DNA from: Bugula neritina
Taxonomy: Eukaryota > Animalia > Bryozoa
Assembly: GCA_964035545.1 (NCBI GenBank)
Contig: CAXIUT010000097.1
Coordinates: forward strand, 496,001-560,000
DNA: 64,000 nucleotides
Reading direction: 5' to 3'
Positions 46,201 through 60,770 of this stretch are shown here, in pieces (the first letter of the stretch is position 1; each line of letters starts with the position of its first letter). Made by a program: the position numbers and the translations under genes. The notes below the pieces were generated by a model. The model was given only the letters and a program-made list of their open reading frames with translations, was not told the origin of the DNA and did not search any database.

Positions 46201-49200
46201 GTAAACTACTGAAATATACTGTCACACATTCAAAAATACTGCAACATACTGAAATATACTGCGACACATTGCAATATACTGTAACGTACTGAAATATGCT
46301 GTAGCACATTGAAATACACTGCAACTCACTGAAATATACTGCAACATACTGAAATACACTGTAACATATTGAAATATACTGCAACATACTGAAATACACT
46401 GTAACATACTGAAAAACACTGCAACATACTACAACATATTGAAATACACTGCAACACATTGAAATATACTGCAAAATACCTAAATATACGGTGATATACC
46501 AAAATAAACTGTAACACATTTAAAAATACTGCAACACACTGAAATACACTGCAACACTCTGAAATACACTGCAAAATACTGTAACACACTGAAATATACT
46601 GCAACACACTGCAACATACTGCAACATACTAGAATACACTGTAACATATTGAAATATACTGCAAAATACTGAAATACACTGCTACATACTGAAATATACT
46701 GCAACACACTACAATATACTGCAACATGCTAAAATATACTGCAACATACTGAAATACCCTGCAAAATACTGAAATACACTGTAACATACTGAAGTATACT
46801 GCAACATACTGAAATACACTGCTACATACTGAAATATACTGCAACACACTGCGACATACTGCAACATACTAAAATACACTGTAACATATTGAAATACACT
46901 GCAACACATTGAAATATACTGCAATGTACCGAAATATATGGTAAACTAATGAAATATACTGTCACACATTGAAAAACACTGCAAAATACTGAAATATACT
47001 GCGACACATTGCAATATACTGTAACATACTGAAATATGCTGTATCACACTGAAATACACTGCAACTCACTGAAATATACTGCAACATACTGAAATACACT
47101 GTAACATATTGAAATATACTGCAACATACTGAAATACAGTGCTACATACTGAAATATACTGCAACATACTGCAACATAGTGAAATACACTGCAACATACT
47201 GCAAGATAGTGAAATACACTGTAACATACTGAAATACACCGCAAAATACTACAACATATTGAAATGCACTGTAACATATTGAAATACACTGCAACACATT
47301 GAAATATACTGCAACATACCTAATTATACGGTAATATACCAAAATATACTGTAACACATCGAAAAAAACTGCAACATACTGAAATACACTGCAACACACC
47401 GAAAAACACTGAAAATACTGTAACACACTGAAATATACTGCAAAATACTGAAATATACTGCAAAATACTGAAATACACTGCTACATACTGAAATATACTG
47501 CAACACACCGCAACATACTGCAACATACTAAAGTATACTGCAACATACTGAAATACACTGCAAAATACTAAAATACACTATAACATACTGAAATATACTG
47601 CAACATACTGAAATACACTGCTATATACTGAAATACACTGCAACACACTACAACATACTGCAACATGCTAAAAGCTGCCACTTACTGAAATACACTGCTA
47701 CATACTGAAATATACTGCAACACACAGCAACATACTGCAACATACTAAAATACACTGTAACATATTGGAATACACTGCAACACATTGAAATATACTGCAA
47801 AATACTGAAATACACTGCTACATACTGAAATATTTTGCAACACACTGCAACATACTGCAACATACTAAAGTATACTGCAACATACTGAAATATACTGCAA
47901 CATACTGAAATACACTGTAACATATTGAAATATACTGCAACATACTGAAATACACTGTAACATACTGAAAAACACTGCAACATACTACAACATATTGAAA
48001 TACACTGCAACACATTGAAATATACTGCAAAATACTGAAATACACTGCTACATACTGAAATATTTTGCAACACACTGCAACATACTGCAACATACTAAAG
48101 TATACTGCAACATACTGAAATATACTGCAACATACTGAAATACACTGTAACATACTGAAAAACACTGCAACATACTACAACATACCTAAATATACGGTGA
48201 TATACCAAAATAAACTGTAACACATTTAAAAATACTGCAACATACTGAAATACACTGCAACACTCTGAAATACACTGCAAAATACTGTAACACACTGAAA
48301 TATACTGCAACACACTGCAACATACTGCAACATACTAGAATACACTGTAACATATTGAAATATACTGCAACATACTGAAATACACTGCTATATACTGAAA
48401 TATACTGCAACACACTACAATATACTGCAACATGCTATAATATACTGCAACATACTGAAATACCCTGCAAAATACTGAAATACACTGTAACATACTGAAG
48501 TATACTGCAACATACTGAAATACACTGCTACATACTGAAATATACTGCAACACACAGCAACATACTGCAACATACTAAAATACACTGTAACATATTGGAA
48601 TACACTGCAACACACTGAAATATACTGCAAAATACTGAAATACACTGCTACATACTGAAATTTACTGCGACACACTGCAACATACTGCAACATACTAAAA
48701 TGCACTGTAACATAGTGAAATAGACTGCAACACATTGAAATATACTGCAAAATACTGAAATACACTGCTATATACTGAAATACACTGCAACACACTACAA
48801 CATACTGCAACATGCTAAAATATACTGCAACATACTGAAATACACTGCAAAATACTGAAATACACTGTAACATACTGAAGTATACTGCAACATACTGAAA
48901 TACACTGCTACATACTGAAATATACTGCAACACACAGCAACATACTGCAACATACTAAAATACACTGTAACATATTGGAATACACTGCAACACATTGAAA
49001 TATACTGCAAAATACTGAAACACACTGCTACATACTGAAATATACTGCGACACACCGCAACATACCGCAACGTACTAAAATACACTGTAACATATTGAAA
49101 TAGACTGCAACACATTGAAATATACTGCAATGTACCGAAATATATGGTAAAGTACTGAAATATACTGTCACACATTGAAAAACACTGCAACATACTGAAA

Positions 49201-52200
49201 TATACTGCGACACATTGCAATATACTGTAACATACTGAAATATGCTGTATCACACTGAAATACACTGCAACTCACTGAAATATACTGCAACATACTGAAA
49301 TACACTGTAACATATTGAAATATACTGCAACATACTGAAATACAGTGCTACATACTGAAATATACTGCAACATACTGCAACATAGTGAAATACACTGCAA
49401 CATACTGCAAGATAGTGAAATACACTGTAACATACTGAAATACACAGCAAAATACTACAACATATTGAAATGCACTGTAACATATTGAAATACACTGCAA
49501 CACATTGAAATATACTGCAACATACCTAATTATACGTAATATACCAAAATATACTGTAACACATCAAAAAATACTGCAACATACTGAAATACACTGCAAC
49601 ACACCGAAAAACACTGAAAATACTGTAACACACTGAAATATACTGCAAAATACTGAAATATACTGCAAAATACTGAAATACACTGCTACATACTGAAATA
49701 TACTGCAACACACCGCAACATACTGCAACATACTAAAGTATACTGCAACATACTGAAATACACTGCAAAATACTAAAATACACTATAACATACTGAAATA
49801 TACTGCAACATACTGAAATACACTGCTATATACTGAAATACACTGCAACACACTACAACATACTGCAACATGCTAAAAGCTGCAACTTACTGAAATACAC
49901 TGCTACATACTGAAATATACTGCAACACACAGCAACATACTGCAACATACTAAAATACACTGTAACATATTGGAATACACTGCAACACATTGAAATATAC
50001 TGCAAATACTGAAATACACTGCTACATACTGAAATATTTTGCAACACACTGCAACATACTGCAACATACTAAAGTATACTGCAACATACTGAAATACACT
50101 GCAGAATACTGAAATACACTGTAACATACTGAAATATAATGCAAAATACTGAAATACATTGCTACATACTGAAATATACTGCAACACACTGCGACATACT
50201 GCAACATACTAAAATACACTGTAACATATTGAAATACACTGCAACACATTGAAATATACTGCAATGTACCGAAATATATGGTAAACTACTGAAATATACT
50301 GTCACACATTCAAAAATACTGCAACATACTGAAATATACTGCGACACATTGCAATATACTGTAACGTACTGAAATATGCTGTAGCACATTGAAATACACT
50401 GCAACTCACTGAAATATACTGCAACATACTGAAATACACTGTAACATATTGAAATATACTGCAACATACTGAAATACACTGTAACATACTGAAAAACACT
50501 GCAACATACTACAACATATTGAAATACACTGCAACACATTGAAATATACTGCAAAATACCTAAATATACGGTGATATACCAAAATAAACTGTAACACATT
50601 TAAAAATACTGCAACACACTGAAATACACTGCAACACTCTGAAATACACTGCAAAATACTGTAACACACTGAAATATGCTGCAACACACTGCAACATACT
50701 GCAACATACTAGAATACACTGTAACATATTGAAATATACTGCAAAATACTGAAATACACTGCTACATACTGAAATATACTGCAACACACTACAATATACT
50801 GCAACATGCTAAAATATACTGCAACATACTGAAATACCCTGCAAAATACTGAAATACACTGTAACATACTGAAGTATACTGCAACATACTGAAATACACT
50901 GCTACATACTGAAATATACTGCAACACACTGCGACATACTGCAACATACTAAAATACACTGTAACATATTGAAATACACTGCAACACATTGAAATATACT
51001 GCAATGTACCGAAATATATGGTAAACTACTGAAATATACTGTCACACATTGAAAAACACTGCAAAATACTGAAATATACTGCGACACATTGCAATATACT
51101 GTAACATACTGAAATATGCTGTATCACACTGAAATACACTGCAACTCACTGAAATATACTGCAACATACTGAAATACACTGTAACATATTGAAATATACT
51201 GCAACATACTGAAATACAGTGCTACATACTGAAATATACTGCAACATACTGCAACATAGTGAAATACACTGCAACATACTGCAAGATAGTGAAATACACT
51301 GTAACATACTGAAATACACCGCAAAATACTACAACATATTGAAATGCACTGTAACATATTGAAATACACTGCAACACATTGAAATATACTGCAACATACC
51401 TAATTATACGGTAATATACCAAAATATACTGTAACACATCGAAAAATACTGCAACATACTGAAATACACTGCAACACACCGAAAAACACTGAAAATACTG
51501 TAACACACTGAAATATACTGCAAAATACTGAAATATACTGCAAAATACTGAAATACACTGCTACATACTGAAATATACTGCAACACACCGCAACATACTG
51601 CAACATACTAAAGTATACTGCAACATACTGAAATACACTGCAAAATACTAAAATACACTATAACATACTGAAATATACTGCAACATACTGAAATACACTG
51701 CTATATACTGAAATACACTGCAACACACTACAACATACTGCAACATGCTAAAAGCTGCCACTTACTGAAATACACTGCTACATACTGAAATATACTGCAA
51801 CACACAGCAACATACTGCAACATACTAAAATACACTGTAACATATTGGAATACACTGCAACACATTGAAATATACTGCAAAATACTGAAATACACTGCTA
51901 CATACTGAAATATTTTGCAACACACTGCAACATACTGCAACATACTAAAGTATACTGCAACATACTGAAATATACTGCAACATACTGAAATACACTGTAA
52001 CATATTGAATGATACTGCAACATACTGAAATACACTGTAACATACTGAAAAACACTGCAACATACTACAACATATTGAAATACACTGCAACACATTGAAA
52101 TATACTGCAACATACCTAAATATACGGTGATATACCAAAATAAACTGTAAAACATTTAAAAATACTGCAACATACTGAAATACACTGCAACACTCTGAAA

Positions 52201-53645
52201 TACTCTGCAAAATACTGTAACACACTGAAATATACTGCAACACACTGCAACATACTGCAACATACTAGAATACACTGTAACATATTGAAATATACTGCAA
52301 CATACTGAAATACACTGCTATATACTGAAATATACTGCAACACACTACAATATACTGCAACATGCTATAATATACTGCAACATACTGAAATACCCTGCAA
52401 AATACTGAAATACACTGTAACATACTGAAGTATACTGCAACATACTGAAATACACTGCTACATACTGAAATATACTGCAACACACAGCAACATACTGCAA
52501 CATACTAAAATACACTGTAACATATTGGAATACACTGCAACACACTGAAATATACTGCAAAATACTGAAATACACTGCTACATACTGAAATTTACTGCGA
52601 CACACTGCAACATACTGCAACATACTAAAATGCACTGTAACATAGTGAAATAGACTGCAACACATTGAAATATACTGCAAAATACTGAAATACACTGCTA
52701 TATACTGAAATACACTGCAACACACTACAACATACTGCAACATGCTAAAATATACTGCAACATACTGAAATACACTGCAAAATACTGAAATACACTGTAA
52801 CATACTGAAGTATACTGCAACATACTGAAATACACTGCTACATACTGAAATATACTGCAACACACAGCAACATACTGCAACATACTAAAATACACTGTAA
52901 CATATTGGAATACACTGCAACACATTGAAATATACTGCAAAATACTGAAATACACTGCTACATACTGAAATATACTGCGACACACCGCAACATACCGCAA
53001 CGTACTAAAATACACTGTAACATATTGAAATAGACTGCAACACATTGAAATATACTGCAAAATACTGAAATACACTGCTACATACTGAAATATACTGCAA
53101 CACACTGCAACATACTGCAACATACTAAAATATACTGCAACATACTGAAATACACTGTAACATACTGAAATATACTGCAAAATACTGAAATACACTGCTA
53201 CATACTGAAATATACTGCAACACACTGCGACATACTGCAACATACTAAAATACACTGTAACATATTGAAATACACTGCAACACATTGAAATATACTGCAA
53301 TGTACCGAAATATATGGTAAACTACTGAAATATACTGTCACACATTGAAAATCACTGCAACATACTGAAATATACTGCGACACATTGCAATATACTGTAA
53401 CATACTAAAATATGCTGTAGCACACTGAAATACACTGCAACTCACTGAAATATACTGCAACATACTGAAATACACTGTAACATATTGAAATATACTGCAA
53501 CATACTGCAACATACTGCAACATACTAAAATATACTGCAACATACTGAAATACACTGCAGAATACTGAAATACACTGTAACATACTGAAATATACTGCAA
53601 AATACTGAAATACACTGCTACATACTGAAATATACTGCAACACAC
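28238..53645 (+). repeat. Tandem duplication with a 12,682-bp period (28238-40963 and 40920-53645), apparently near-identical
   Basis: The ORF track repeats with identical translations at offset 12682 (28374/41056 through 40656/53338). Private variants are duplicated: gaactatact (28703/41385), aaactaatg (34261/46943), gaaaaaaact (34679/47361), ggtaaagtac (36464/49146), acgtaatat (36852/49534). Confidence 0.95.
35095..35500 (+). repeat. Local duplication of about 230 bp with a 40-bp internal deletion (net +190 bp), mirrored at about 47777-48182
   Basis: ttttgcaaca at 35151 and 35381 (offset 230); tactgaaaaacactgcaacatactacaaca at 35281 and 35471 (offset 190). Confidence 0.8.
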
Positions 53646-56600
53646 TGCGACATACTGCAACATACTAAAATACACTGTAACATATTGAAATACACTGCAA
53701 CACATTGAAATATACTGCAATGTACCGAAATATATGGTAAACTACTGAAATATACTGTCACACATTGAAAAACACTGCAACATACTGAAATATACTGCGA
53801 CACATTGCAATATACTGTAACATACTGAAATATGCTGTATCACACTGAAATACACTGCAACTCACTGAAATATACTGCAACATACTGAAATACACTGTAA
53901 CATATTGAAATATACTGCAACATACTGAAATACAGTGCTACATACTGAAATATACTGCAACATACTGCAACATAGTGAAATACACTGCAACATACTGCAA
54001 GATAGTGAAATACACTGTAACATACTGAAATACACCGCAAAATACTACAACATATTGAAATGCACTGTAACATATTGAAATACACTGCAACACATTGAAA
54101 TATACTGCAACATACCTAATTATACGGTAATATACCAAAATATACTGTAACACATCGAAAAATACTGCAACATACTGAAATACACTGCAACACACCGAAA
54201 AACACTGAAAATACTGTAACACACTGAAATATACTGCAAAATACTGAAATATACTGCAAAATACTGAAATACACTGCTACATACTGAAATATACTGCAAC
54301 ACACCGCAACATACTGCAACATACTAAAGTATACTGCAACATACTGAAATACACTGCAAAATACTAAAATACACTATAACATACTGAAATATACTGCAAC
54401 ATACTGAAATACACTGCTATATACTGAAATACACTGCAACACACTACAACATACTGCAACATGCTAAAAGCTGCAACTTACTGAAATACACTGCTACATA
54501 CTGAAATATACTGCAACACACAGCAACATACTGCAACATACTAAAATACACTGTAACATATTGGAATACACTGCAACACATTGAAATATACTGCAAATAC
54601 TGAAATACACTGCTACATACTGAAATATTTTGCAACACACTGCAACATACTGCAACATACTAAAGTATACTGCAACATACTGAAATACACTGCAGAATAC
54701 TGAAATACACTGTAACATACTGAAATATAATGCAAAATACTGAAATACATCGCTACATACTGAAATATACTGCAACACACTGCGACATACTGCAACATAC
54801 TAAAATACACTGTAACATATTGAAATACACTGCAACACATTGAAATATACTGCAATGTACCGAAATATATGGTAAACTACTGATATATACTGTCACACAT
54901 TTAAAAATACTGCAACATACTGAAATATACTGCGACACATTGCAATATACTGTAACGTACTGAAATATGCTGTAGCACATTGAAATACACTGCAACTCAC
55001 TGAAATATACTGCAACATACTGAAATACACTGTAACATATTGAAATATACTGCAACATACTGAAATACACTGTAACATACTGAAAAACACTGCAACATAC
55101 TACAACATATTGAAATACACTGCAACACATTGAAATATACTGCAAAATACCTAAATATACGGTGATATACCAAAATAAACTGTAACACATTTAAAAATAC
55201 TGCAACACACTGAAATACACTGCAACACTCTGAAATACACTGCAAAATACTGTAACACACTGAAATATACTGCAACACACTGCAACATACTGCAACATAC
55301 TAGAATACACTGTAACATATTGAAATATACTGCAACATACTGAAATACACTGCTATATACTGAAATATACTGCAACACACTACAATATACTGCAACATGC
55401 TAAAATATACTGCAACATACTGAAATACCCTGCAACATACTGAAATACACTGTAACATACTGAAGTATACTGCAACATACTGAAATACACTGCTACATAC
55501 TGAAATATACTGCAACACACTGCGACATACTGCAACATACTAAAATACACTGTAACATATTGAAATACACTGCAACACATTGAAATATACTGCAATGTAC
55601 CGAAATATATGGTAAACTACTGAAATATACTGTCACACATTGAAAAACACTGCAAAATACTGAAATATACTGCGACACATTGCAATATACTGTAACATAC
55701 TGAAATATGCTGTATCACACTGAAATACACTGCAACTCACTGAAATATACTGCAACATACTGAAATACACTGTAACATATTGAAATATACTGCAACATAC
55801 TGAAATACAGTGCTACATACTGAAATATACTGCAACATACTGCAACATAGTGAAATACACTGCAACATACTGCAAGATAGTGAAATACACTGTAACATAC
55901 TGAAATACACCGCAAAATACTACAACATATTGAAATGCACTGTAACATATTGAAATACACTGCAACACATTGAAATATACTGCAACATACCTAATTATAC
56001 GGTAATATACCAAAATATACTGTAACACATCGAAAAATACTGCAACATACTGAAATACACTGCAACACACCGAAAAACACTGAAAATACTATAACACACT
56101 GAAATATACTGCAAAATACTGAAATATACTGCAAAATACTGAAATACACTGCTACATACTGAAATATACTGCAACACACCGCAACATACTGCAACATACT
56201 AAAGTATACTGCAACATACTGAAATACACTGCAAAATATTAAAATACACTGCAACACACTACAACATACTGCAACATGCTAAAAGCTGCCACTTACTGAA
56301 ATACACTGCTACATACTGAAATATACTGCAACACACAGCAACATACTGCAACATACTAAAATACACTGTAACATATTGGAATACACTGCAACACATTGAA
56401 ATATACTGCAAAATACTGAAAAACACTGCTACATACTGAAATATTTTGCAACACACTGCAACATACTGCAACATACTAAAGTATACTGCAACATACTGAA
56501 ATACACTGCAGAATACTGAAATACACTGTAACATACTGAAATATAATGCAAAATACTGAAATACATTGCTACATACTGAAATATACTGCAACACACTGCG

Positions 56601-58944
56601 ACATACTGCAACATACTAAAATACACTGTAACATATTGAAATACACTGCAACACATTGAAATATACTGCAATGTACCGAAATATATGGTAAACTACTGAA
56701 ATATACTGTCACACATTTAAAAATACTGCAACATACTGAAATATACTGCGACACATTGCAATATACTGTAACGTACTGAAATATGCTGTAGCACATTGAA
56801 ATACACTGCAACTCACTGAAATATACTGCAACATATTGAAATACACTGTAACATATTGAAATATACTGCAACATACTGAAATACACTGTAACATACTGAA
56901 AAACACTGCAACATACTACAACATATTGAAAAGCACTGCAACACATTGAAATATACTGCAACATACCTAAATATACGGTGATATACCAAAATAAACTGTA
57001 ACACATTTAAAAATACTGCAACATACTGAAATACACTGCAACACTCTGAAATACACTGCAAAATACTGTAACACACTGAAATATACTGCAACACACTGCA
57101 ACATACTGCAACATACTAGAATACACTGTAACATATTGAAATATACTGCAACATACTGAAATACACTGCTATATACTGAAATATACTGCAACACACTACA
57201 ATATACTGCAACATGCCATAATATACTGCAACATACTGAAATACCCTGCAAAATACTGAAATACACTGTAACATACTGAAGTATACTGCAACATACTGAA
57301 ATACACTGCTACATACTGAAATATACTGCAACACACAACAACATACTGCAACATACTAAAATACACTGTAACATATTGGAATACACTGCAACACACTGAA
57401 ATATACTGCAAAATACTGAAATACACTGCTACATACTGAAATTTACTGCGACACACTGCAACATACTGCAACATACTAAAATGCACTGTAACATAGTGAA
57501 ATAGACTGCAACACATTGAAATATACTGCAAAATACTGAAATACACTGCTATATACTGAAATACACTGCAACACACTACAACATACTGCAACATGCTAAA
57601 ATATACTGCAACATACTGAAATACACTGCAAAATACTGAAATACACTGTAACATACTGAAGTATACTGCAACATACTGAAATACACTGCTACATACTGAA
57701 ATATACTGCAACACACAGCAACATACTGCAACATACTAAAATACACTGTAACATATTGGAATACACTGCAACACATTGAAATATACTGCAAAATACTGAA
57801 ATACACTGCTACATACTGAAATATACTGCGACACACCGCAACATACCGCAACGTACTAAACTACACTGTAACATATTGAAATAGACTGCAACACATTGAA
57901 ATAAACTGCAAAATACTGAAATACACTGCTACATACTGAAATACACTGCAACACACTGCAACATACTGCAACATACTAAAATATACTGCAACATACTGAA
58001 ATACACTGCAGAATACTGAAATACACTGTAACATACTGAAATATACTGCAAAATACTGAAATACACTGCTACATACTGAAATATACTGCAACACACTGCG
58101 ACATACTGCAACATACTAAAATACACTGTAACATATTGAAATACACTGCAACACATTGAAATATACTGCAATGTACCGAAATATATGGTAAACTACTGAA
58201 ATATACTGTCACACATTGAAAAACACTGCAACATACTGAAATATACTGCGACACATTGCAATATACTGTAACATACTAAAATATGCTGTAGCACACTGAA
58301 ATACACTGCAACTCACTGAAATATACTGCAACATACTGAAATACACTGTAACATATTGAAATATACTGCAACATACTGAAATACAGTGCTACATACTGAA
58401 ATATACTGCAACATACTGCAACATAGTGAAATACACTGCAACATACTGCAAGATAGTGAAATACACTGTAGCATACTGAAATACACCGCAAAATACTACA
58501 ACATATTGAAATGCACTGTAACATGTTGAAATACACTGCAACACATTGAAATATACTGCAACATACCTGAATATACAGTAATATACCAAAATATACTGTA
58601 ACACATTGAAAAACACTGCAACATACTGAAATACACTGGAACACACCGAAAAACACTGAAAATACTGTAACACACTGAAATATACTGCAAAATACTGAAA
58701 TATACTGCAAAATACTGAAATACACTGCTACATACTGAAATATACTGCAACACACCGCAACATACTGCAACATACTAAAGTATACTGCAACATACTGAAA
58801 TACACTGCAAAATACTGAAATACACTATAACATACTGAAATATACTGCAACATACTGAAATATACTGCTACATACTGAAATATACTGCAACACACTGCAA
58901 CATACTGCAACATACTAGAATACACTGTAACATAATGAAATACA

Positions 58945-60770
58945 CTGCAACACATTGAAATATACTGCAAAATACTGAAATACACTGCTATATACTGAAA
59001 TACACTGCAACACACTACAACATACTGCAACATGCTAAAAGCTGCAACATATTGAAATACACTGCCACATACTGAAATATACTGCAACACACAGCAACAT
59101 ACTGCAACATACTAAAATATACTGCAACATACTGAAATATACTGCATCATACTGAAATATACTGCTACATACTGAAATGTACTGCAACACACTGCAACAT
59201 ACTGCAACATACTAGAATACACTGTAACATAATGAAATACACTGCAACATATTGAAATACACTGCAACACATTGAAATATACTGCATTATACCTAAATAT
59301 ACGGTGATATACCAAAATATACTGTAACACATTCAAAAATACTGCAACATACTGAAAGACACTGCAACACACTGAAATGCACTGCAAAATACTGTAACAC
59401 ACTGAAATATACTGCAACACACTGCAACATACTGCAACATACTAAAATATACTGCAACATACTGAAATACACTGCAAAATATTCAAATACACTGTAACAT
59501 ATTGAAATACACTGCAACACATTGAAATATACTGCAATGTACCGAAATATATGGTAAACTACTGAAATATACTGTCACACATTGAAAAACACTGCAACAT
59601 ACTGAAATATACTGCGACACATTGCAATATACTGTAACATACTGAAATATGCTGTAGCACACTGAAATACACTGCAACTCACTGAAATATACTGCAACAT
59701 ACTGAAATACACTATAACATATTGAAATATACTGCAACATACTGAAATACAGTGCTACATACTGAAATATACTGCAACATACTGCAACATAGTGAAATTC
59801 ACTGTAACATACTGAAAAACACTGCAACATACTACAACATATTGAAATACACTGCAACACATTGAAATATGCTGCAACATATCTAAATATACGGTGATAT
59901 ACCAAAATAAACTGTAACACATTTAAAAATACTGCAACATACTGAAATACACTGCAACACTCTGAAATACACTGCAAAATACTGTAACACACTGAAATAG
60001 ACTGCAACACACTGCAACATACTGCAACATACTAGAATACACTGTAACATATTGAAATATACTGCAACATACTGAAATACACTGCTACATACTGAAATTT
60101 ACTGCGACACACAGCAACATACTGCAACATACTAAAATGCACTGTAACATATTGGAATACACTGCAACACATTGAAATATACTGCAAAATACTGAAATAC
60201 ACTGCTACATACTGAAATTTACTGCGACACACTGCAACATACTGCAACATACTAAAATGCACTGTAACATAGTGAAATAGAATGCAACACATTGAAATAT
60301 ACTGCAAAATACTGAAATACACTGCTATATACTGAAATACACTGCAACACACTACAACATACTGCAACATGCTGAAATATACTGCAACATACTGAAATAC
60401 ACTGCAAAATACTGAAATACACTGTAACATACTGAAGTATACTGCAACACACTGAAATACACTGCTACATACTGAATTATACTGCAACACACAGCAACAT
60501 ACTGCAACATACTAAAATACACTGTAACATATTGGAATACACTGTAACATATTCAAATATACTGCAACATCCTGCAACATACTGAAATACACTGCAAAAT
60601 ACTACAACATATTGAAATACACTGCAACACATTGAAATATACTGCAACATACCTTAATATACGGTAATATACTGAAATATACTCCAACATACTGAAATAC
60701 ACTGCTACATACTGAAATATACTGCAACACACTTCAACATACTGCAATATAATAAAATATACTGCAAAAT
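58945..60770 (+). repeat. More diverged satellite island with many variants not seen elsewhere in the window
   Basis: actgcatcat (59141), actgcattat (59281), atctaaatat (59881), accttaatat (60651), actccaacat (60681), aataaaatat (60751). Confidence 0.85.

Larger units (their letters stand above)
23400..57200 (+). repeat. Right-domain higher-order repeat with an irregular 3.8-4.7 kb period
   Basis: A private 9-bp monomer ACTGCAAAT marks each unit at 25571, 29346, 33237, 37317, 42028, 45919, 49999 and 54590 (also 61477). Spacings are 3775, 3891, 4080, 4711, 3891, 4080, 4591 and 6887. Confidence 0.88.
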
